Of a stretch of 64,000 nucleotides of DNA, positions 21,761 to 30,553 are shown piece by piece. The stretch lies in IMG/VR virus record IMGVR_UViG_3300005841_000939. One strand, given 5' to 3'. The notes below the pieces were generated by a model. The model saw nothing but the letters and a program-made list of their open reading frames with translations. It searched no databases and had not been told where the DNA came from. The translations under genes and the position numbers were made by a program. The first letter of the stretch is position 1. Every line of letters starts with the position of its first letter. Origin of the DNA: a virus. Taxonomy: Duplodnaviria; Caudoviricetes.

Positions 21761-22379
21761 TACAATCAAAAAGTTGAAATGATTCTATTTCTAAATCTTT
21801 TATAGTTCCATTGTCCAATTTTTCTAATAAATTTAAAAATGCGCTAAACTTTTTGAAACCTTTATTTATAGACGACTTTGGCAAATATGGTTTACGTTCA
21901 ATATGATTAAAACGTACAATTCCAACTAAGAAAAGATTAATTAATCTTGTTTCTAATTTACGTCTTGAAATTTCATTTTTTGTATTGAGATATACCTTAT
22001 TGTATTTCAATATCATTTTAATTGTTTTTGGAACTTCAACTTTAGGATCCCAAGTCCAATCATATTCACTTTTAAAAACATGCATTGCCAACTCATCGCT
22101 GGTGCAAATTTTATCTACATCAATTTCAAAAAGAGGTTCAGATGTTCCATCAGCGTAAATTACAGTATCAGCTTCAGGTAAATCTTGGAACCACCATTTC
22201 ATTTCATCTTTTGTAGGTAAATCCTTAATACTGTAACCATTTTCATCTATGTATTCGTGGATTTCAATCCATTCATCTACAAGACCTTCAAGATTTTTTT
22301 CAAGAACCTCTCTCTTGACTTTATCTTGATATTTTTTCTTAATTAATAAGGCTATTTGTTCTCTATCTTCAAATTTCAT
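21756..22379 (-). CDS. Hypothetical protein (207 aa)
   Basis: Long ORF filling the gap between a terminator and gp5; no recognisable motif. Confidence 0.7.
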   Translation of the reverse strand: MKFEDREQIALLIKKKYQDKVKREVLEKNLEGLVDEWIEIHEYIDENGYSIKDLPTKDEMKWWFQDLPEADTVIYADGTSEPLFEIDVDKICTSDELAMHVFKSEYDWTWDPKVEVPKTIKMILKYNKVYLNTKNEISRRKLETRLINLFLVGIVRFNHIERKPYLPKSSINKGFKKFSAFLNLLEKLDNGTIKDLEIESFQLFDCI

Positions 22380-22380
22380 G

Positions 22381-22428
22381 AAAAGAAAATCCCTGTAAAG
22401 CCATTATAGCCATACAGGGATTATTCTT
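22381..22428 (-). terminator. Rho-independent terminator after the AAA/VWA module
   Basis: Minus strand AATCCCTGTA-(15 nt)-TACAGGGATT followed by TTCTTTT. Confidence 0.65.
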
Positions 22429-22443
22429 CAAAACGAAGAGAAC

Positions 22444-23430
22444 TTAACCGATAAACTTGTATGCGTTCAGTACCGTCAAGAACTTTTTGACCTTGGAGTA
22501 GTTGTTGATTATGTCATCAATTGATACCTTCTTGAACGTACCTTTTGTTGCACTATCAATTTCAATAGCAGTAGTCACATTCATTTTCTTTTTCAAGAAC
22601 TGCATGTAATCGTGAGTCAGAATTGCGCCAACTAGATAGCGAACAACACCAATCTCTTGCCCGATGAGATTTAAATCCTGTGGATCATGGTAGATGCATG
22701 CTTCAGATGTCAATTCAACGTGGGTATTTTCTTCTTGCTGTTTGCGCAGTTTGAAAGAAGTCAAGAACTTGAATTGTGGAATGATGTCAACAGAACCGTT
22801 CAAGAAATCATTGTCTCCCGAAATCAGGATAAACGCATTCTTGCCTGATGGCGTCGTATATGGAACAACCCAACGAACAAACTCATTTGATTTTTCACCA
22901 AATTCAGTGATCGCACCTCTTTCACGCAAATATTCAACATCACTGGTGCTACATACCGAAGTATCAATAAGATTTTTGGTCTTTCTATCACCCTTGCTAT
23001 TCCAAAGCTTCTTTGAACCTAGAATAGCACAGATAGTTGGACTATCCCATTTGCGAATGATTTGATGTGCTGCATAGAAATATTCTACACGATGTTGAGT
23101 ATCTGATTGCAGCAACTTGGCAGCGTCAACGTTACCTTCAAATGCAACTGGTTTGGGTACTTCAGTCCAACGATTCAAATTAAACCACATTGGAGGAATT
23201 GAATCTGCCAAAGAATCATTTGCACACAGCTTCAATATTTGTGGAAACAAATCACTGACCTTACTGTACAAGGTTTCTAGTGACAATTCTTGTTGTTGAA
23301 TAGTGATTTCATCCGAATTACTCGCACGTTGAACAACATTTCCACCCTTTGCAGAAGCGTTGATTACGCCGATGAGAACATCCTTTGATGTTCCAAGAAA
23401 GTCTATGACAGCTTTTTGTTGAGGATTCAT
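22444..23430 (-). CDS. Hypothetical protein co-transcribed with MoxR ATPase (about 328 aa)
   Basis: The track starts this ORF at TTG 23451. ATG at 23430, preceded by AAGG, is more likely because it removes the overlap with the ATPase. No family recognised. Confidence 0.7.
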   Translation of the reverse strand: MNPQQKAVIDFLGTSKDVLIGVINASAKGGNVVQRASNSDEITIQQQELSLETLYSKVSDLFPQILKLCANDSLADSIPPMWFNLNRWTEVPKPVAFEGNVDAAKLLQSDTQHRVEYFYAAHQIIRKWDSPTICAILGSKKLWNSKGDRKTKNLIDTSVCSTSDVEYLRERGAITEFGEKSNEFVRWVVPYTTPSGKNAFILISGDNDFLNGSVDIIPQFKFLTSFKLRKQQEENTHVELTSEACIYHDPQDLNLIGQEIGVVRYLVGAILTHDYMQFLKKKMNVTTAIEIDSATKGTFKKVSIDDIINNYSKVKKFLTVLNAYKFIG

Positions 23431-23438
23431 TTTAAACC

Positions 23439-24704
23439 TTATTTCTCGCAAATTGCGTATTGGTCGTTGAAGCGGTCTTCGCCCTTAAAGATTCCTGAGT
23501 CAAAGAATTCTTCGCAGAGCGATGGATATTCCCATAAATTAATACGGGTGATGAATGCAACCATTATATCCTTTGGTATGAATTGCATTTTGAAGAAGTC
23601 AATAAGCCATGTCACTGTACTTACACCATCCTTATATTCTTCTCGTATCCAATCAATCATAGTGTCAATAGCAGCGTCAAGGAGATCCATACGAACGCTT
23701 TCAACACCACCATCAATATACGTTACCAGACGATGTTTGATCTTCTCTTCCTTGCTCTTGCAAGATTTCAATTCGTCAAGAGTGAAATATTCATCAGAAC
23801 GGAACTTTTCATTCCACCAAATATTTAAGAAAGAACCACCAAGATAAGTACCAATAACTGCACGTCCGTTTTCACGAATCCAATTGCGATCCTTATCTTT
23901 AAGATGTTGCATGATGTTGACCAAGCTACGACGCGATGGCTCAACTCGGAAGTTCAAATCAAATTCAGCAAGATTGACAAAGTTTGAATGCTTCTGAACA
24001 ACCTTCATAGTTGTTTCATCAAAATATTCAGAAGCGTATGCGTAAAACTCTTCCTTGGTTGGTTCCACGATGATATGACCGCACCGGTCTTTCAAAGCTT
24101 CATCCATGCTGAATGCATCGTTTACCTGATATTTTCCATTTGATGGATTGCAGGCCGCTACGATAAAATCTTTTGGACCTATTTGATGTTCATGCATTTT
24201 ACCTTCGTTTAAGAAAGGCAACATACACGCCATAACGAATTTGTTTGCGCGATTCATTTCATCGAGGAAGTAGCATGTTGGGTTATCAACATCATTGGTC
24301 AACCAATTAGGACGAGTCCAAACCGTCTTTTGCTTGCCAGAAGATGATGCTGACATTGTCCGAACCCATTCATATTCACTTGAAGTGAGATCCTTGTTTT
24401 TGTTGACCTTTTCAAGAAGTCTGTTCATGTATACTTGATCCTCATCATCAAGTGAACGAGACATCAAGCCAACAAGGTCTTCAACACCTTGCGATGCAAG
24501 ATGGAGAACAACAATTCTATAATTGTTATCTTCACAATATTTTTTGATGATGCTGGTTTTACCTACAGCCTTCACACCCCAAAGAACAAGAGGATTTCTT
24601 GTCTCAGCAGAGAATGCAATTGCCTTGAGAACTTCGCTAATTGGAAATCTCATGCAATCGGAACGAGTTGATTGCTGTACAGCTAAATTTTCAGTGGTTG
24701 TCAT
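23439..24704 (-). CDS. MoxR/dynein-related AAA+ ATPase (AAA_5)
   Basis: Walker A GVKAVGKT, Walker B YFLDEMNRA, IVAACNP sensor-1, MDEALKDR arginine finger. Confidence 0.9.
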   Translation of the reverse strand: MTTTENLAVQQSTRSDCMRFPISEVLKAIAFSAETRNPLVLWGVKAVGKTSIIKKYCEDNNYRIVVLHLASQGVEDLVGLMSRSLDDEDQVYMNRLLEKVNKNKDLTSSEYEWVRTMSASSSGKQKTVWTRPNWLTNDVDNPTCYFLDEMNRANKFVMACMLPFLNEGKMHEHQIGPKDFIVAACNPSNGKYQVNDAFSMDEALKDRCGHIIVEPTKEEFYAYASEYFDETTMKVVQKHSNFVNLAEFDLNFRVEPSRRSLVNIMQHLKDKDRNWIRENGRAVIGTYLGGSFLNIWWNEKFRSDEYFTLDELKSCKSKEEKIKHRLVTYIDGGVESVRMDLLDAAIDTMIDWIREEYKDGVSTVTWLIDFFKMQFIPKDIMVAFITRINLWEYPSLCEEFFDSGIFKGEDRFNDQYAICEK

Positions 24705-24736
24705 GGTTTCGGATTCTACATGTTAAATGTGGACAA

Positions 24737-26425
24737 TCAATGCATTTTAGAGAACCAATCGTTATTACCACCTTGATGGATAACGATAAATCCTCTTTCT
24801 CTTAGGGATTCTGCTTGTGAATCTGAACAAGAAGATGTAGCGAAAATGAGAATTTGGAAAGAAAAGTCTGCCTGTTTATATCCATCCTCAATATATCCGT
24901 CAGTAAAGCAAAGAACTGGTTTTCCATTTCCTTCTTTAGCTAACATGGTAAGGACTGGAAGGAATGCAGTTCCACCTGTCGCAGAAATTGGGACTTCAGG
25001 AATACTTTTAACAGAGACATAATGATCACCAACAACACCGTCCGAAAATTCTATAAATCGGACCATATCATCATGAACCGTCTGTGAAATTTTTTCAGTT
25101 TCAGCAGCAAATGCATTGTAATCAGCCTTGCTTACTGATCCACTTCGGTCCATAGCATATACTGCATCATAGCCAATCTCCATGCTTCTGCCAGGAAACT
25201 GACCTTCTATTTTTCTTGATTCCTTCTTATATGTGTATTCATAATCATTGAAATTCGTCCACCGCATAATGAAGAACTGATAAATTGTTTCCCAAGAAAT
25301 TTTTGAAGGGGATATAATTGCTTTGACGTATTTTTTGACAAAATCTGGAATCTGATGACTATCAAAGAAATCATCCAATGATGTTCTATTTTGAGATTTG
25401 GCATTTCTATCTGCTTGGCGCAGATCATTATCAGTAACACGTTTTTCTTCGTCAGTTAAATCATTGAATTCGTTGAATTGTTCAACGCCCTTTCCAGCCC
25501 AAACTCCACATTCATTTCCATGGCCAGTTAGGTCTTCAATTGAATATTCTTTTCCTGACAAACTACCAATCGCAACACCTAATTTAGCTAATGATTGTTC
25601 ACCTTGTGGAGTTTGGCCACCCTTTTTCAACAAATCAATATAATATTCACTGGTCTGATTCATGAACCGATCATGATCAAAATATTTTATATTGATATTT
25701 TCTTCGGTTATCTCTGAAAAAGATAGTTCGCGATCAGCACCTCTTGATTGAAATAATGTTTCATCGCTCATCAAAAAAGTAAACAACAATGTTTTGTTGT
25801 ATCTTGTCATGAAAGATTTTGCGATTTCTTCCGAACCAAAATTGAGAGATTGATTGATGGCAAAATCCATGCCAATATTTTCAATTTGAGCGAGAGTTTT
25901 GCGCTTTTCCTTATTTGTCTCTATAATGCTTTCTGATCTATGAATCGTTAAATGATTCATAATGATGTGACAAATTTCGTGTGTCGTTACAGCCTTGATA
26001 AAATGGTGTAAATCTGCACGAATGAATTTTTCTTTTTGATGAAGATCAGTCCAATCCTTGAATGCTTCTTCTGAAATCCAATGTCCCCGTTGCATTGATT
26101 TGGTCAAAATGTCATCGTAATAATTGATAACACTTTCATCCATAAACTTTTTGCACTCTTCACGATAAACAACGTCCCAAATTATATAAGGGTTGTATGT
26201 GATTCGGTGCTTTCTTGAAGTTGGGATGAATGATGCCATGCCAATTGCAGGACATGAGAAATCATCACGAACATACAAGCGATTATAGAATGCTCTTAAA
26301 AAATCACCTATATCATAATTGGGATTTTTTGTGTAGAACAGAAACCGAGTCGTATTCCATTTCTGAATCTCGGATGGAAGAATTTTTGGCGCTTCAGTTT
26401 TTTCAGGTTCTGCTGTTGAATTCAT
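24737..26425 (-). CDS. DUF2201-type HEXXH metallopeptidase plus C-terminal VWA domain
   Basis: HEICHIIMNH, NIGMDFAIN, MIDAS DRSGS, GGTAF and FTDG; adjacent to a MoxR ATPase. Confidence 0.88.
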   Translation of the reverse strand: MNSTAEPEKTEAPKILPSEIQKWNTTRFLFYTKNPNYDIGDFLRAFYNRLYVRDDFSCPAIGMASFIPTSRKHRITYNPYIIWDVVYREECKKFMDESVINYYDDILTKSMQRGHWISEEAFKDWTDLHQKEKFIRADLHHFIKAVTTHEICHIIMNHLTIHRSESIIETNKEKRKTLAQIENIGMDFAINQSLNFGSEEIAKSFMTRYNKTLLFTFLMSDETLFQSRGADRELSFSEITEENINIKYFDHDRFMNQTSEYYIDLLKKGGQTPQGEQSLAKLGVAIGSLSGKEYSIEDLTGHGNECGVWAGKGVEQFNEFNDLTDEEKRVTDNDLRQADRNAKSQNRTSLDDFFDSHQIPDFVKKYVKAIISPSKISWETIYQFFIMRWTNFNDYEYTYKKESRKIEGQFPGRSMEIGYDAVYAMDRSGSVSKADYNAFAAETEKISQTVHDDMVRFIEFSDGVVGDHYVSVKSIPEVPISATGGTAFLPVLTMLAKEGNGKPVLCFTDGYIEDGYKQADFSFQILIFATSSCSDSQAESLRERGFIVIHQGGNNDWFSKMH

Positions 26426-26966
26426 TTTGTGTTGATTGAGGGTCTTGATCGTTTACTCCCGACGATCCAAAACCCTTTTCTCCTCTTTCTGTATGAGTAG
26501 AAATATCATCAACTTCAACAAAATCAACATCAAAAACAGGACATAACACCAATTGTGCTAATTTATCACCTGGAGTTACATTAAACGGATATTTACCATG
26601 ATTTATTACCACTAGGATTAATTCTCCACGATAATCAGAATCTATTGTGCTTGGAGAATTTAGAATGGTTAAACCTTTATTTAAAGCTAAACCAGAACGA
26701 GGTCTTATTTGTATTTCCCAACCAAGAGGGATTTCAACCTGAACACCAGTTTTAATTGCTTTCCATTCACCAGCATTTATCAATTTATGCTCGCAGGAAG
26801 AAATATCATATCCTGAATCAGTTTTATGAGCCTTCTTTGGAATTCTAGCAAATTCGTGTATCAATTTATATTTAAAAATTGGCTTTTCAGAATGGAAAGC
26901 ATCAGGAATAAATAGGATTTTTGGAGTTGGTTTGAAAAAGTTGAGGATCTTAGTTATAAAAGACAT
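26403..26966 (-). CDS. dut: Trimeric dUTPase
   Basis: All five motifs present: SGYDI, IRPRSG, TIDSDYRGE, KLAQLV, RGEKGFGSSG. Confidence 0.97.
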   Translation of the reverse strand: MSFITKILNFFKPTPKILFIPDAFHSEKPIFKYKLIHEFARIPKKAHKTDSGYDISSCEHKLINAGEWKAIKTGVQVEIPLGWEIQIRPRSGLALNKGLTILNSPSTIDSDYRGELILVVINHGKYPFNVTPGDKLAQLVLCPVFDVDFVEVDDISTHTERGEKGFGSSGVNDQDPQSTQNEFNSRT

Positions 26967-27191
26967 TTAAGGTGCTCTTTGTGTACAGGCCCAACAGTGG
27001 TTTCCGTCGGTTATCTTCTTATTAAGAAGTGTACAGTTGAAGCTACAACTTACAACAATATCCTTAGCGATGCAACATGCTGTCGCAGGTTCATGCTTTG
27101 TCTTTATATCAAGAGGACCACGATATTTACAAGGTATTGCTCCTTGAATTTGATCATAAGTGACTTGTTGATGTGGAACCTTGTCACCCAT
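26967..27191 (-). CDS. Small Cys-rich hypothetical protein (74 aa)
   Basis: Abuts dut and overlaps the upstream gene; 7 Cys including CHWAC. Confidence 0.6.
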   Translation of the reverse strand: MGDKVPHQQVTYDQIQGAIPCKYRGPLDIKTKHEPATACCIAKDIVVSCSFNCTLLNKKITDGNHCWACTQRAP

Positions 27192-27531
27192 TTTTATATG
27201 TCCTACAACCTTGGCAATATGAGCCCTTCACTTGGCCATAAATCTTACAAAAAACTTTTTTTGTTTCCGTTGAAGGGCCATCTTCCCACACTTCAACAGT
27301 TTCTGCTACCTGCTGTTTAACCATGGTTGTCTGTCCTGCATTTTTATTTTTACAGGAACATCCACCTTGTTTAACTGGCACATCTATAGTCTTATAAACC
27401 TGATTGCCATTTTCATCTTTTTTTGGAACTAATTTACGAACTTTCCCTACAGGAGTATTTGATTCGGCCACAATTTCTTTTATCTTAAAATTGCAAGGGC
27501 TTGCTTGAAGATCAGCGTCTGTTCTTGACAT
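27184..27531 (-). CDS. Small Cys-rich hypothetical protein (115 aa)
   Basis: Tightly packed after gp3; GCSC, FC...YCQGC. Confidence 0.65.
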   Translation of the reverse strand: MSRTDADLQASPCNFKIKEIVAESNTPVGKVRKLVPKKDENGNQVYKTIDVPVKQGGCSCKNKNAGQTTMVKQQVAETVEVWEDGPSTETKKVFCKIYGQVKGSYCQGCRTYKNG

Positions 27532-27532
27532 A

Positions 27533-28186
27533 TTAGATGTACCTCAAAACATAGTTGTTTGTTGGAACCATACCAGAATGAGCGAATGTACAACTAATTC
27601 TCATGGTATCAGCATTGCGATATGTAAATGATAACGGATTTAATCCAATTGGGAATGCATCAATAAATTTGTATTCTGAAACCTTATCTCTATGATTATT
27701 TGTGACGATCAAATAAATGTCTGTAAAATATTCCTCAACCATACGACGACCAGAAATTTTATTATATTCTTCTGGATTATGAAGACCGTACATCCAATAT
27801 AAAAGAGCATTATAATTAATAAGATTTTCTGAAACGATCATTTCTAATTCAAGTTCACCAAAATGAATCTTACTTGCTCTTGAAATATCAGCAAATTGTG
27901 TACCTAATGTTACTTTATCAATATTTACTGATGGAAGATTTGCATCAGCCAAATAAAGACGAAAATTGGTCATATCTAAATTTGTTTCACGTCTCAACTG
28001 TGCATTTGTTGGTTGATAACAATCAGCAGATAAACTAGGTGTAATTATTCCTGGATGTGTTTTATCTCTGAAAGCTGAACTTATATATTGTAAAGTAGGT
28101 ATTTTGGGGATAACGAGATAAAAGTTATCCGCATTACTATTATTCAACTCAAGAATACCGTTTGGCTCTGAGTAATTTTCAACCAT
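27533..28186 (-). CDS. gp3: Tail tube terminator/completion protein gp3-like
   Basis: NFYLVIP...ANLPSV...FGELELEMIVSENLINYNALLYWM...FIDAFPIGL, matching the gp3/tube-fold pattern. Confidence 0.8.
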   Translation of the reverse strand: MVENYSEPNGILELNNSNADNFYLVIPKIPTLQYISSAFRDKTHPGIITPSLSADCYQPTNAQLRRETNLDMTNFRLYLADANLPSVNIDKVTLGTQFADISRASKIHFGELELEMIVSENLINYNALLYWMYGLHNPEEYNKISGRRMVEEYFTDIYLIVTNNHRDKVSEYKFIDAFPIGLNPLSFTYRNADTMRISCTFAHSGMVPTNNYVLRYI

Positions 28187-28536
28187 TATACAATCCCATC
28201 ATCAAGTAATTCAAAATCTTGTACCGCTCTATTAGTATATTCAATACCATCAATTTTAGTAAGTGATGTAAAAATGGCAGTATAGATTCCAGAAGACATA
28301 TTAGGATGAGTTTGGTATCTATGGAAATACCAACCAGGGCGATTTGGAACGCGAGTCATATCAACCGCGTAAACTAGTCTTTCTTTTGTTGAGGAATCAT
28401 ATATCGCCAAAGTGACACAAATTGCATCACGATATTCATTTGTACATGGCGGTAAACTCAAATCAACATAAGGTTTATGCTTAAATATAAATGTAATAGC
28501 ATCGCCTCGTCTATATGCTGAATCGTATGTTTCCAT
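28186..28536 (-). CDS. Hypothetical Ig-like virion protein (116 aa)
   Basis: YRRGDAITF...TLAIYD...GWYF...GIYTAIF, a beta-sandwich pattern; stop overlaps the gp3 start. Confidence 0.55.
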   Translation of the reverse strand: METYDSAYRRGDAITFIFKHKPYVDLSLPPCTNEYRDAICVTLAIYDSSTKERLVYAVDMTRVPNRPGWYFHRYQTHPNMSSGIYTAIFTSLTKIDGIEYTNRAVQDFELLDDGIV

Positions 28537-28614
28537 TGTTGCCTCGTATCTTATTTATGTTTTTCTTGACTTTTTAAAATTGTGATGGAAAATTCTTTTG
28601 CAGTCTCAGCAAAA

Positions 28615-28740
28615 TTAGAATAACAATTCCGCTTGTGAATCTTTCAATATAGAAATTTCAATGCATGCAGTTGGTTGAATTTCAAACTCATTTCCATTTA
28701 TAGGATTGATGGAAATCTCACTACAGTTATTATCACTCAT
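28615..28740 (-). CDS. Small hypothetical protein (41 aa)
   Basis: Hand-translated MSDNNCSEISINPINGNEFEIQPTACIEISILKDSQAELLF. ATG overlaps the upstream TGA (ATGA). Below the ORF-track cutoff. Confidence 0.4.
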   Translation of the reverse strand: MSDNNCSEISINPINGNEFEIQPTACIEISILKDSQAELLF

Positions 28741-30137
28741 TTAAATATTCCTGTTACTTCTGGAAGAATTGGTTTCTTGTTTTGAGCAGATGGCTCATAG
28801 ATATTGAAGAACGAATCCTTAATTATTACCATCTTACGCATTCCATGTCCATCAATTGATTGATCAGTTATTTCTTCAACCAACCAAGCACCAGACATTT
28901 GTTCATCAATAGGATGTGATTGCATCTTATCAATTTCTGCCATACCTGACAAGAAAGTGATATAAATCTTATCGCCAATTTGAACAGTCTCATCAATAAA
29001 TGTCAAAATTTCACAACGCAATTGATATTGATGCTCTGTTAACTTATTTGATAGATAATCTTTAGCTTCTACTTTATTTCTTTTTTCACCCAAAAAATAT
29101 TGACGAGCTTGATCATTATCAATTTGTGTACTCCATAACGCAAAGTTATAGAAACTCTTATTTGTTTTGATATTTTCTGAATATCTATTTAAATGTGTTA
29201 CATATTGTGATTTTGTATAATCATAACTTAAAAGATATGCGCCACTTGATCCACTTGGAATGGCAGTTATGTCATATGTCAAAAACTTATAATTTAAAAT
29301 CATATTTGGTGTTCTTGAACCAAATGCAATATTACTTCCAGTTTTTTCAACAGATGAAACATCAATCATTGTGAATACTGTTGTCTTCGCATTTTCAAAC
29401 ATTGCATTCATGCTTTTCAAATTGATGCGAATTGATCCAGAATCCAAATCTGATGTTGTAAAAAATTTAACACATCCATTATTTTTTGTTGATTTTGCAA
29501 AATCTAACAAATAAGAAAACATTTTTTGGGTTTTCCATGAAGGACAGTAGAAATATGGTGATGTTCTCAAAACTTCAAAATCTAAAGTAAATAGACTCTT
29601 TTCATTTATTTTTAAATCTTCTTCTATGTGTTGGCGAAAAATTTGATCTATAGCGACACCCTTAATATCTGATCCAGTATCATTTCCCCAAGCTCTTTGC
29701 CATTGAACATCATTATATTTAAGGAAAAATGGTGCTTCAACTAAGTGAAATTTTAAAGCTTTTCTTGAAAAACGAGTTGAATCGTTTCCATCAATCATTG
29801 CTTCTTCCATATCAAAAATATTGAAATGGATAAAGACAGGTTTAGCTGTTGTAATTGATCCTCTTGTCGCGTTATTGTACGCAATCGTAATAATTTCGTT
29901 TCCAGTAATAGGAAGAGATTCACGAATGCCATACTTATCTTCTACAGTCAACGAGCCATAGCGATACATTCCATTTAACGAAGTATGTACTTCAAATGAG
30001 TGTGGGATACCAAACTTATTTTTAATTAAATCCCCAGCTTTTAAACCATCCATGTATGGGCCGCGAGTTATCCAGCAGAATGATGACACCGTGTCAAATT
30101 CTGGTTTACCTTCAAGATTTGGATATGTTTCAGGCAT
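28737..30137 (-). CDS. Baseplate hub protein gp27-like
   Basis: GSLTVEDKYGIRESLPITGNEIITI and C-terminal IGDKIYI...SGAWLVEEI are hub/late-control-D patterns; follows gp53. Confidence 0.7.
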   Translation of the reverse strand: MPETYPNLEGKPEFDTVSSFCWITRGPYMDGLKAGDLIKNKFGIPHSFEVHTSLNGMYRYGSLTVEDKYGIRESLPITGNEIITIAYNNATRGSITTAKPVFIHFNIFDMEEAMIDGNDSTRFSRKALKFHLVEAPFFLKYNDVQWQRAWGNDTGSDIKGVAIDQIFRQHIEEDLKINEKSLFTLDFEVLRTSPYFYCPSWKTQKMFSYLLDFAKSTKNNGCVKFFTTSDLDSGSIRINLKSMNAMFENAKTTVFTMIDVSSVEKTGSNIAFGSRTPNMILNYKFLTYDITAIPSGSSGAYLLSYDYTKSQYVTHLNRYSENIKTNKSFYNFALWSTQIDNDQARQYFLGEKRNKVEAKDYLSNKLTEHQYQLRCEILTFIDETVQIGDKIYITFLSGMAEIDKMQSHPIDEQMSGAWLVEEITDQSIDGHGMRKMVIIKDSFFNIYEPSAQNKKPILPEVTGIFK

Positions 30138-30553
30138 TAGTTGGTATCACCTATACGGTCATTTGAAATCTTTGCTTGTCTTGCTTGTAGCAATAATTGA
30201 TCAACATATTGTTTATCAAGGATTTTTAAATCACTGACTTCATCAGTAAAGATTGTTTGGTCCATAACGATAAAAGGATTCTCAATATCATTAAACATTG
30301 GAATTAACCACCAAAGGCGCTGATCATCATAATATGTGTTTGCAAGACTAACCCAGGTATCTCCTTGCTTAACATTATACAAGAAAAAGTAGCGAAGTTT
30401 ATCTTTATAAAACGGTGAAATAACATACGCATCCCATATATCCAACATTTGATTTGGATTTTCTGCTTTATCGTATGTTATAGCTCTAAACAAGTTCATG
30501 AAACTTGTTGTTGGAAAGTTTAAATTAGAAGCCATTTGCTCTTGATACTCCAT
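30137..30553 (-). CDS. gp53: Baseplate wedge protein gp53-like (LysM-like)
   Basis: YNVKQGDTWVSLANTYYDDQRLWWLIPMFNDIENPF. Confidence 0.85.
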   Translation of the reverse strand: MEYQEQMASNLNFPTTSFMNLFRAITYDKAENPNQMLDIWDAYVISPFYKDKLRYFFLYNVKQGDTWVSLANTYYDDQRLWWLIPMFNDIENPFIVMDQTIFTDEVSDLKILDKQYVDQLLLQARQAKISNDRIGDTN

